Shown piece by piece: positions 25,801 to 34,229 of a stretch of DNA of 64,000 bases (position 1 is its first letter; each line of letters starts with the position of its first letter). The DNA lies in contig CBDFLE010000006.1 in assembly GCA_965248925.1 (NCBI GenBank), positions 1,824,001 through 1,888,000 on the forward strand. Reading direction: 5' to 3'. The notes under the pieces were generated by a model. The model was not told the origin of the DNA, ran no database searches, and saw only the letters and a list, made by a program, of their open reading frames with translations. Source of the DNA: Candidatus Multivoradales bacterium. GTDB taxonomy: Bacteria > Acidobacteriota > Thermoanaerobaculia > Multivoradales > J023. Both the position numbers and the translations under genes were made by a program.

Positions 25801-26278
25801 GTCCTTCGTCGTCAACGCTTCTCCCTTGATCCTGTTCTCGCGAATCGGTCGGCTGGACCTCTTGGTGGCCCTGGCGGACACCCTTGAGGTCCCGGCGGCG
25901 GTGATGGCTGAGCTTCAAGCTGGCGCCCACCATGACGACGCCGCTGAGGTTGTGCGGGGAGTCTCAGCGATTCGCATCGTACCGGACCTCGAAGTAGCCG
26001 AGGAAGTGAAGGCTTGGAGGCTTGGACCCGGAGAGTCTCAGGTTCTATCCCACGCCCTGCGATCTGGCGAAAACGAAGCGGTCTTGGACGATCGCGCAGC
26101 CAGGAGATGCGCCCAATCCCTAGGTATTGCGCTGATCGGTACCCTCGGAGTAGTGATCAAGTGTCGGCATCTGGGCCTCATCCCAGCGGCCCGACCGATA
26201 GTAGAGAGCTTGAGCAAAGCCGGAATCCGTTTAGTGCCTGCTCTGCTCGACGCAGCACTAGAAGAAGTGGGGGAGTGA
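25793..26278 (+). CDS. DUF3368-family PIN-like protein (putative toxin)
   Basis: VVNASPLI, LGPGESQVL, LDDRAARRCA, GTLGVV, ends EVGE. Confidence 0.88.
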   Translation: MSKSFVVNASPLILFSRIGRLDLLVALADTLEVPAAVMAELQAGAHHDDAAEVVRGVSAIRIVPDLEVAEEVKAWRLGPGESQVLSHALRSGENEAVLDDRAARRCAQSLGIALIGTLGVVIKCRHLGLIPAARPIVESLSKAGIRLVPALLDAALEEVGE

Positions 26279-26289
26279 AACAACCCTCG

Positions 26290-26330
26290 GCCGCCAACCA
26301 GCCGCCAACCGGCCGCCAACCAGCCGCCAA
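26290..26330. repeat. 11-bp tandem repeat x~4
   Basis: GCCGCCAACC(A/G) units just after the DUF3368 stop. Confidence 0.85.
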
Positions 26331-26390
26331 TGCCAACCGGAATGCCAGACCGGTCCGTAGGGGCACTAGCCGAGTAGTCCGCTCCACCCC

Positions 26391-27494
26391 TCAACGCTGA
26401 CGGTGGATTTTCCAGCGGTCGACCACCCGGTCACCGCGCACCACAGTGTAGTGGTCGAAGCAAGCTACCGCCAGGCAAGAATGGTTGGGCTGAATCCGCA
26501 CCCGGCTGCCAACCGGCAAGGGGCGGTCGACGATACCGTGCTCCTGCGACAACCCACTCAACCGTGCTGACGACAACTCTGGTGCTTCTGCTGCGCTGCC
26601 AAGCGAATAGTTGGCGTAGAGCGCACCGAAGGTCGGTGGCTCGTCCGGCCCTGGGTCTTTCGACAGCGCCAAGGCGCCTGCATCGACCACGGAGTGGCTA
26701 GCGTCTGGCTGGCAGGAAACCACGCTGGCAAGCACGGTGAGGGCACAATCGGCCACCGCGCAGGAACCCATGGCAATTTGGCTGTAGTCGAAAAAAACAT
26801 AGTTGCCGGGCCGGGCTTCGTCGATCCCCTGAAGATCTTCACAAGCGGTCATCCCTGGAGTAGAGCCGATGCTCACCGCCGGCACCGCGATACCCGCGGC
26901 GCGCAACTTCGCGGCCAGCTCCACCATCACCCGCCGCTCCTCGGCTGCTACCGTGGGCCGGTCGTCGCTGTAGGCGTGGCCACCATGAGTCAATAGGCCG
27001 TCGAAGCGCAGCGATGGCGAGTTGGACAATCGCTGAGCAAACGCGACGGCATGCTCGGAACGGGGATCGACACCGGCACGGCCGTAGCCACAGTCGACTT
27101 TCAACCAGACATGAAACGGGAAATCACACTCCTCGAGAGCAGCGATCGCCTGCGGACTGTCGACCAGCAGTCGCAGCTTGACCCAGCCCGCTAGCTCGCG
27201 GACTTCATCGAGCCGATTGAGGATCACCGGTAAGGCCCAGGTCAGGTCGTCGTAGCCCGCCGCCGCCATCGCCGCCGCTTCTTCGAGGGTCGAAACGGTC
27301 AAACCCTGAGCACCGGCGGCGATCTGCATTCCGGCGATTTGCACCGACTTATGGGTCTTCACATGCGGCCGCAGAACCACCCCGAGCCTGGCGGCATGGC
27401 TTGCCATACACTCGATATTGCTCTGCAGACGGTCCAGATCGAGCACCAAGGCCGGGGTGGGAAGTTTTAGGAGCGAAAGTTGAACACTCGGCAT
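26391..27494 (-). CDS. PLP-dependent fold-type III enzyme (D-threonine aldolase / D-serine dehydratase DSD1 family)
   Basis: PTPALVLD, LRPHVKTHK, LTHGGHAY, SIGSTP, RPGNYVFFD, SQEHG, PNHSC. Confidence 0.9.
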   Translation of the reverse strand: MPSVQLSLLKLPTPALVLDLDRLQSNIECMASHAARLGVVLRPHVKTHKSVQIAGMQIAAGAQGLTVSTLEEAAAMAAAGYDDLTWALPVILNRLDEVRELAGWVKLRLLVDSPQAIAALEECDFPFHVWLKVDCGYGRAGVDPRSEHAVAFAQRLSNSPSLRFDGLLTHGGHAYSDDRPTVAAEERRVMVELAAKLRAAGIAVPAVSIGSTPGMTACEDLQGIDEARPGNYVFFDYSQIAMGSCAVADCALTVLASVVSCQPDASHSVVDAGALALSKDPGPDEPPTFGALYANYSLGSAAEAPELSSARLSGLSQEHGIVDRPLPVGSRVRIQPNHSCLAVACFDHYTVVRGDRVVDRWKIHRQR

Positions 27495-27597
27495 CGCTCC
27501 ATCCTGACCTAGGCGAGACTTTTGTTCTAGCCCGCGCTTGCGGTGCCAAGAAACCATTAAGAGAGGCTGGTATGCTGCTCCGCCGCCGAAATTCGTC

Positions 27598-28755
27598 ATG
27601 ATCTCCCCATCGATCCAACTCCCCGAAACCCTCCGCCTGCTACGCCAGGGTATCGACGAGGGCCTCCATCTCGGTGGCCAGCTCTATGTCTCTCTAGCCG
27701 ATGGGCGTTGTCAGACCCAGGTTTTCGGCGAACACCAACCCGGTCAGTCGATGACCGCCGACACACTGATGATCTGGCTGTCGGCGTCGAAACCGATCGC
27801 CGCGGTGGCGCTGGCCCAGCTATGGGAGGCCGGCCTGTTACAGCTTGACGATCCGCTGGTGCGCTATCTGCCGGAATTCTCCGTTTATGGCAAAGAGCGC
27901 ATCACCCTGCGCCAAGTGCTGACCCACACCGCTGGCATTCGCATGCTGACCACCGGCTGGCCGGAGGCCAGTTGGGACGAGATTATTGCCACCATCTGCG
28001 CCCGCCGCCCCGAGCCCCGCTGGACTCCAGGCGAGAAAGCCGGCTACCACCTGAGCTCGAGTTGGTTCCTGCTCGGTGAGGTGATCCACCGCATCGATGG
28101 CCGCAGCTTCAGCGACTATGTACGCCAGGAGATCTTCGAGCCCTTGGGCATGATGGACTGCTGGATCGGCATGCCGGAGCAGCGCTTCACTGGCTATGAC
28201 GAGCGCATCGGCCGTACCTACGGCACGGAAAATGGCCAACGGCTGGAGCGACGCTGGCATAACCAGGCCAATGTCACCGGTTGCTCGCCGGGAGGCAACG
28301 GCTACGGCCCGCTGGCCGAGCTGGGCCGCTTCTACGAGCTGCTGCTCGGCCGCGACGGCTCACCACCCGGCACCTTCGAGGGCCGCCAGCTAGTTTCGCC
28401 GCAGACCGTCGAGGCGCTGACGACACCGCAGCGGGTCGGTATGATCGACCACACTTTCAAACACCGGATCGATTGGGGCCTGGGCTTTATCGTCAACTCT
28501 GAGCATTACGCCGTCGACACCGTTCCCTATGGCTACGGGGCACACGCCTCACGGCGCACCTTTGGCCACAGCGGCTTTCAGTCATCGACTGCTTTTGCCG
28601 ATCCGCGGTGGGGATTGGTGGTGGCCTTGGCGGTCAATGGCAACCCGGGCGAAGTGGCGCACACGCTGCGTTTTCGCCGACTTACCGAATCGATCTACGA
28701 AGACCTGGGGCTGGCGCCGAGCGACTCGGCGTCCAGCGTGGAGACAGCCAAATGA
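27598..28755 (+). CDS. Serine hydrolase, beta-lactamase class C/EstA family
   Basis: SASK (SxxK), LTHTAG, PGEKAGYH, FGHSG. Confidence 0.9.
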   Translation: MISPSIQLPETLRLLRQGIDEGLHLGGQLYVSLADGRCQTQVFGEHQPGQSMTADTLMIWLSASKPIAAVALAQLWEAGLLQLDDPLVRYLPEFSVYGKERITLRQVLTHTAGIRMLTTGWPEASWDEIIATICARRPEPRWTPGEKAGYHLSSSWFLLGEVIHRIDGRSFSDYVRQEIFEPLGMMDCWIGMPEQRFTGYDERIGRTYGTENGQRLERRWHNQANVTGCSPGGNGYGPLAELGRFYELLLGRDGSPPGTFEGRQLVSPQTVEALTTPQRVGMIDHTFKHRIDWGLGFIVNSEHYAVDTVPYGYGAHASRRTFGHSGFQSSTAFADPRWGLVVALAVNGNPGEVAHTLRFRRLTESIYEDLGLAPSDSASSVETAK

Positions 28756-29684
28756 TTCCCTTCTTGCTGATCCTCGTCGGCGTTACCCTGCTGTACTTCG
28801 GCGGCGAGCTGCTGGTCAATCACGCCAGCAACCTGGCTCAACGGCTCGGCGTCAGCCAGATGGTCATCGGCCTGACCGTGGTGTCTTTCACCACCTCGAG
28901 CCCGGAACTCGCCGCCACCCTATCGGCCGCCTTCAAGGGTGTGCCGGAAATGGCCATCGGCAATGCCTTTGGCTCCAACATCGCCAACATTGGTTTGATC
29001 CTGGGTTTCTCGGTGCTGCTCTATCCGGTGCTGGTGAGCTGGCCGTCGGTGCGCCGCCAGGCGGTTTTCATGGTATTGGTGACGATCTTCATCTACCCGC
29101 TGATGCGCGGTGGCCTGCTCGACCGGTTCGAGGGAATTCTGCTGTTGGTGCTGCTGGCCGTCTTCCTCTACGTACTGATCAAATCACCGGCGCCGCAAGA
29201 CTCGCCGGATGAAGCCGACCCTGTAGGTGAGCCGACGCCACTTTGGCGGTCGGTGGGCGGGGTGATGTTCGGCCTCGGCCTGCTGGTGGTTGGCGCCCAG
29301 CTGATGGTCAGCGGCGCGGTCGACATCGCTACCGCCTTTGGTATTTCGGAGCGAGTCATCGGGCTCACCGTGGTAGCCCTCGGCACCAGCCTGCCGGAGC
29401 TTGCCGCCTGCCTGACAGCGGCTCGCAAGCAGCAGTACGACATCGTGCTCGGCAACGTCGTCGGCTCGAATATCTTCAACCTGCTGTGCATTCTCGGCAC
29501 CACCTCATTAGTCCGACCGCTGCAAGTACCAGCCGAGGCAATGCGGTTGGACTTCTGGCTGATGCTCGGCCTGAGCATTCTGATGGTGGTGATGATGCGC
29601 ACCCAACGCCATCTGGTGCGCTGGGAGGGTGGGGTGCTGCTGACCGTCTATATTGGCTACGTGGTCTATCTCTTCGGAGCTTGA
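28752..29684 (+). CDS. Calcium/sodium antiporter (YrbG/CaCA family)
   Basis: Two alpha repeats TTSSPE...GNAFGSN and GTSLPE...GNVVGSNIFN; many TM segments. Confidence 0.92.
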   Translation: MIPFLLILVGVTLLYFGGELLVNHASNLAQRLGVSQMVIGLTVVSFTTSSPELAATLSAAFKGVPEMAIGNAFGSNIANIGLILGFSVLLYPVLVSWPSVRRQAVFMVLVTIFIYPLMRGGLLDRFEGILLLVLLAVFLYVLIKSPAPQDSPDEADPVGEPTPLWRSVGGVMFGLGLLVVGAQLMVSGAVDIATAFGISERVIGLTVVALGTSLPELAACLTAARKQQYDIVLGNVVGSNIFNLLCILGTTSLVRPLQVPAEAMRLDFWLMLGLSILMVVMMRTQRHLVRWEGGVLLTVYIGYVVYLFGA

Positions 29685-29693
29685 GTCGACCTG

Positions 29694-30479
29694 CTAATCG
29701 CTCAAATCCATGCCCATGATGTGGAAGCCGCTGTCAACGTAGACCGTCTCGCCGGTGATGCCCGAAGCCATCGGCGAGAGCAGGAAAAGGCCCAAGTTGC
29801 CCACTTCCTCGTGGGTGATGTTGCGACCCAGGGGCGCTGCGGCGCCGACTCGCTTGAACATCTTGGTGAAGCCCGGAATGCTGCGCGCCGCCACCGTCCG
29901 GACCGGGCCAGCTGAGACCGCGTTGACCCGCAAACCCTTGGCTCCCAGATCGTAGGCCAAGTAGCGAACACTGGCCTCGAGAGTGCTCTTGGCGACTCCC
30001 ATGACGTTGTACTTGGGCACTACCTTCTCGGCCGCGTAGTACGACAGGGTGATCATCGAACCACCTTCGGCCAGCCACGGCTCGGCGTGGCGCGCCACCG
30101 CCACCAAGGAGTAGGCCGACACCTCGAGCGCCGTCAGCCAATCGGCGCGGGTGGTCTCGACATAGCGTCCGTCCATTGCTGCCCGCGGTGCGAAAGCGAT
30201 CGAGTGGACGATGTAGTCGATACCGCCCCAGGCCTCGCCGAGGTCGGTGAACAGCCCGCCTAGCTCTTGTTCGTCGGTCACGTCTACCTGATAGAGCCGC
30301 ACTCCGGGAATGCCGGCGGTGAGCTTCTCCGCCTCGCCACGCAGGCGCTCGCCCTGGTAGCTGAAGGCCATCTCGCAACCCGCCTGGTGCAACTTGTCGG
30401 CAATCGCCCAGCCGATGCTGCGAGCATTGGTAATGCCCATAACCAAGGCACGCTTCCCCTGCAAATCGATGTGTAGCAT
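29694..30479 (-). CDS. fabI: Enoyl-ACP reductase
   Basis: GITNARSIGW, VHSIAFAP, SAYSL, YNVMGVAKS, SAGPVRT. Confidence 0.95.
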   Translation of the reverse strand: MLHIDLQGKRALVMGITNARSIGWAIADKLHQAGCEMAFSYQGERLRGEAEKLTAGIPGVRLYQVDVTDEQELGGLFTDLGEAWGGIDYIVHSIAFAPRAAMDGRYVETTRADWLTALEVSAYSLVAVARHAEPWLAEGGSMITLSYYAAEKVVPKYNVMGVAKSTLEASVRYLAYDLGAKGLRVNAVSAGPVRTVAARSIPGFTKMFKRVGAAAPLGRNITHEEVGNLGLFLLSPMASGITGETVYVDSGFHIMGMDLSD

Positions 30480-30574
30480 GGGCGTATCCTAACCGTATTC
30501 GCCAGCGCTGGGAACCAGGGCCGCGGCGCCACGTAGGGCTCGGGACGGGGAATTGGCCGCCTGCGAAGAGTTAG

Positions 30575-31498
30575 CTACAGACAGCCGCGGTAAAAGCGCC
30601 CTATCGCTCGGTAGTAACGCAACGGCCGGTGTCGATGCACATCGTTGTGCCCAGCCTGGGGAACCGCCAGCCACTGCTTGGGTTCGACCGCCGCGGCGAA
30701 CAACTGCTCGCCCATCGAGAACGGCACAGTGCCGTCGGCGGTACCGTGGATAAACAGCTTGGGCAGGGCTAGCCGCGGCACCTTCTCAATACTGCGAAAG
30801 GCATTGCGCGCCAACCAGCGGACCGGCGAAGAGGGATGGAAATGATGCGCCATGGAGCGCACATCGGTAAAGCTCGACTGCACCACCAGGCCGGCTACCG
30901 GCCGATGCAGGGCGCCATCGATGGCCACCGCCCCACCCATTGAGTGACCAAACAGCAGGGTGCGAGAAGGGGCCTTGCCCAGCTCACCGGTGACGTAGTC
31001 GACCGCCGCCCGCACGTCGGCACACACCCCATCTTCAGTCGGCCGGCCAGCACTGCGGCCGTAGCCACGGTAGTCGAAGGTGAAGATGTTGATCTTCAGC
31101 CGACGCAGCTCGAGGTAGATCGCCAGCCGATCTGCGATGCTGCCGGCATTGCCATGGCAGTAAACCACCGTCGCCCGCGCCTTCTCGTGCTCGATCCACC
31201 AGCCGTGCAGGGCGACTCCATCCTCGCTCTCGAACCAAATGTCGCGATAGGGCAGGCCATAGGTGCTGGGCTCCCAAATGCCGGTGGGATAGCGGCTGGG
31301 AACAAACATCTGCCGCTGTTGAAAACGGCTACGAATGAACTCGAGGCCAGCCACCGCGCCGGCCACCGCCGCCCCGCCTAGCGCATAGCGCAGCGAACGC
31401 CGCAGATCCCAAGACGCGGTTTCGCACGCAGACCGGGGCGCGGCGCATAGTTCCTCTGGCAGGGCCGAGGAAAGGGCAGTCTCGACCTCAGTGGCCAT
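30575..31498 (-). CDS. Alpha/beta hydrolase (Bem46/ABHD-like)
   Basis: HGNAG, DYRGYGRS, GHSMGG, HGTADGTVP, GHND. Confidence 0.9.
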   Translation of the reverse strand: MATEVETALSSALPEELCAAPRSACETASWDLRRSLRYALGGAAVAGAVAGLEFIRSRFQQRQMFVPSRYPTGIWEPSTYGLPYRDIWFESEDGVALHGWWIEHEKARATVVYCHGNAGSIADRLAIYLELRRLKINIFTFDYRGYGRSAGRPTEDGVCADVRAAVDYVTGELGKAPSRTLLFGHSMGGAVAIDGALHRPVAGLVVQSSFTDVRSMAHHFHPSSPVRWLARNAFRSIEKVPRLALPKLFIHGTADGTVPFSMGEQLFAAAVEPKQWLAVPQAGHNDVHRHRPLRYYRAIGRFYRGCL

Positions 31499-31535
31499 AG
31501 CAGCAAGAACCCATGGCTCGCCGGCAAAATTCCGC

Positions 31536-31913
31536 TCAGCTGCCCTGCGGACGGTAAGTAGCCGAACAATCTGGCCCCTCCCAGACGGTCACAGCGGCCA
31601 CCCCGGCCGCCGGCAGACGAGTCGCCAACTGCTGGTGAAACCAACGCGCCAGGTGCTCAGTGGTGGGGCTGAGCCGATCGAAAGGGGGTACCGTATTGAT
31701 GTCGCAATGGTGAAAACCCGCCGCCAGATCACCCAGGGCCGCCTTGGCCTCGACGAAGTCAAACGCCATGCCCTCCTCATCGAGCTGCTCCGCTTCTAGC
31801 AACAATTCGACTCGCCAACTGTGACCATGCACCGGCTCCGGCGCGCCCCGGTAGGAGCGCAAATGATGAGCCGCCTCGAAACGTTCGCATATCCTCAACA
31901 CAAACTGCGCCAT
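31536..31913 (-). CDS. queD: 6-carboxytetrahydropterin synthase
   Basis: FEAAHHL..HGHSW..PTTEHLA..VWEG. Confidence 0.88.
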   Translation of the reverse strand: MAQFVLRICERFEAAHHLRSYRGAPEPVHGHSWRVELLLEAEQLDEEGMAFDFVEAKAALGDLAAGFHHCDINTVPPFDRLSPTTEHLARWFHQQLATRLPAAGVAAVTVWEGPDCSATYRPQGS

Positions 31914-32120
31914 GGTTCGACCTCTATGTATAGAGAGTGCGGATGGCAACGGTACCGGCGGAGAATCACCTTGTTTCTCGCGGTAAACTCGCACAGCCAA
32001 CGGATCGGCCAGCCTACCGGCCAGCCTACCGGCCAGCCACAGACTAGCAAGAGGATAGCGCCGAGCAACCATGAGTGTGGATCCAATCATCCGACTGATC
32101 TCAATCTTGTGGCCAAGCCG

Positions 32121-33311
32121 ATGAAGACCCGCTTGACAGAAGGCAGCGGACTCCGTCGCCCAGCCCGCTGGGGGGCCAACCTGGCGTTGGCGCTGGTCAG
32201 TATTCTGGTGGTCTGGACAGCGATCGACCTGGCGGCCTTTTTCGCCTTCAAGATCCGACTGCCCGGCCACGCGCCGGAAAGATTTTTCCACCGCAGCCGG
32301 CTGCTCGGCCACACTCACCGAGCAAACACTCGGGGCACCTGGTATCGCTACGCGGACGGCAGCCGGTTCGAGGTCGAGGTCAATCAACACGGCTTTGCCG
32401 ATTCGCCGCGGGAGGTTCGCGGTAACAGGCCGCGCATCGCTTTGATCGGCGATTCGACCACCGAGTTCTGGGAAGCGGCGAAGGAAGATCGCGGGCAGTA
32501 TCTGCTCGAGAACCTGCTTGACAATCGCTGGGAGGTGCTCAACTTCGGCGTCCGTGGCTTTGGTACCGACCAGAGTTTCTTGCAATTCTCCCTGCTCGGC
32601 CACCACTTTGCCCCCGAGGTGGTGGTCTACACCTTCTGTATCAACGACATCCGCGACAATTTGACGGCCGACAACCGGCCCCACTTTGTCCTTGACCCGA
32701 GCCAATCCGACGGCCTGCGGCTGGAGAATTTCCCGGTGCGGGCGGGCGCTGATTGGCTCAGCGGTGGCGGCCGCGGCTGGCTCGAAAGCCACTCCTGGGT
32801 TTTTCGCTCGCTACGTGGCCGCCTACTACCCAAGCTCGCTCGCCTCCGCGGTGGCACGCCAGCGGCGGTCACCCTGGACCAGCATTTCGAACTCCGCCCC
32901 TACCGCCGGCACTACGACGCCGAAGACCAGAGCGGCTGGCAGATCACCCGGCGGCTGATCAGTGCTCTTGATCGCTTTACCAAAGCCCGCGGCATGCGTT
33001 TGCTAGTAGTGGAAGGAATCTACCGGCCGGTGATGCAGCTAGGCAGCAAGAAATCACTGATCCGGCGCTACGGCGATGTTTTCGACTTCGGCCGCGTGAC
33101 CCGCCAGCTCGACCAGCACTGCACCGCTCAGGGCATCCCATTCCTCTCCCTTCCCCGAGAGGTCAGCCGGCAACAGCTCGATCCGGCCCAGCTGATGCAC
33201 TCCCAAGATTCCATGCACCTCGACCACCGCGGCATCGTGCTGTGGGCTGAGAGCGTCGCCGCGGAAATCGAGCGCCTCACCGCACCGCCGAACCCGGCCC
33301 CGTTGAAGTAG
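32121..33311 (+). CDS. Membrane-anchored SGNH/GDSL hydrolase-family protein
   Basis: N-terminal TM, IGDSTT, NFGVRGFGTDQ, CINDI, DSMHL. Confidence 0.82.
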   Translation: MKTRLTEGSGLRRPARWGANLALALVSILVVWTAIDLAAFFAFKIRLPGHAPERFFHRSRLLGHTHRANTRGTWYRYADGSRFEVEVNQHGFADSPREVRGNRPRIALIGDSTTEFWEAAKEDRGQYLLENLLDNRWEVLNFGVRGFGTDQSFLQFSLLGHHFAPEVVVYTFCINDIRDNLTADNRPHFVLDPSQSDGLRLENFPVRAGADWLSGGGRGWLESHSWVFRSLRGRLLPKLARLRGGTPAAVTLDQHFELRPYRRHYDAEDQSGWQITRRLISALDRFTKARGMRLLVVEGIYRPVMQLGSKKSLIRRYGDVFDFGRVTRQLDQHCTAQGIPFLSLPREVSRQQLDPAQLMHSQDSMHLDHRGIVLWAESVAAEIERLTAPPNPAPLK

Positions 33312-33339
33312 GCAAGAACTTCGGGCTAGAGTCGCCACG

Positions 33340-34227
33340 ATGTCCAGCGCCCAAGCCTCTCGGCCAGTCGAGCACCGCAATCTAGATCACTCTGATCTAG
33401 ACCACTGTAGCTGCCCCCTCTGCGGTAGCCGGCACCCCTCTGCGGTCCGTTTCAGCTTTCCACCGTTCGGGGTGGTTCGCTGCGGCGATTGCAGCCTTTG
33501 GTATCTGCGTCCCCGAGCTCCCGAAGGTGAGACCGTAGCCCTCTACCAAACCGACAGTTATTACTCCGGAACCGACGGCGGCGGCTACGGTGACTACCGC
33601 GCCCAAGAGGTCGCCCTGCGGCTGACCTTCCGCCGCTTTCTGCACCGCCTACAAGCCGCGGGAATGGCCGGCGGCGACTTGTTGGAGGTGGGGTGCGCCT
33701 ACGGATTCCTGCTTGACGAAGCACGCCCATACTTCACCCAACGGGCAGGACTAGACTTCTCCGGCGAAGCGTTGGCCAGCAGCCGCCAGCTGGCCGATCG
33801 GGTGTACCTCGGCGGGCTGCCGGCGGTCGACGACGGTAGCCGCTACCAAACCATCGTCGCCACCCAGGTAATCGAGCACGTCTACGATCCGCGCCTGTTC
33901 GTCGAGCAGGCTAGCCGGCTGCTGGCCCCGGGCGGCTGGCTAGTGCTGGCAACGCCGAACATGGGCAGTGCCTGGCGCCGCTTGATGGGCCGCCGCTGGC
34001 CATCGTTCAAGATCCCCGAGCACGTCACCTACTTCGACCGCCAGACCCTCGGTCGGCTACTGCGCCACGCCGGCCTCGGACAGACCACGGAAATCCCTTA
34101 TCCCCACGCCTTCCCCCTCGCCCTGGTGGCCGCCAAATTAGGCTTCAAAGTACAGCGCCGTTGGGCCGAAATCAGCTGGTGGATTCCCGCCACCACCCTG
34201 GCCCTCGCCGCTCGCAAGGAACCCTGA
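33340..34227 (+). CDS. Class I SAM-dependent methyltransferase with N-terminal Cys motifs
   Basis: CPLC..CGDC, LLEVGCAYG, VIEHVYDP, LATPN, PEHVTYF. Confidence 0.88.
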   Translation: MSSAQASRPVEHRNLDHSDLDHCSCPLCGSRHPSAVRFSFPPFGVVRCGDCSLWYLRPRAPEGETVALYQTDSYYSGTDGGGYGDYRAQEVALRLTFRRFLHRLQAAGMAGGDLLEVGCAYGFLLDEARPYFTQRAGLDFSGEALASSRQLADRVYLGGLPAVDDGSRYQTIVATQVIEHVYDPRLFVEQASRLLAPGGWLVLATPNMGSAWRRLMGRRWPSFKIPEHVTYFDRQTLGRLLRHAGLGQTTEIPYPHAFPLALVAAKLGFKVQRRWAEISWWIPATTLALAARKEP

Positions 34228-34229
34228 AG

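Noticed and set aside
22800-26400. A complete DGR cassette (RT, Avd, template repeat) within the window
   Set aside because: No reverse-transcriptase ORF and no AAC-rich copy of the variable region found by eye; only target-side features are supported
31914-32792. 418-aa N-terminally extended QueD fusion
   Set aside because: The extension is the antisense of the SGNH gene; QueD has its own RBS and ATG at 31913
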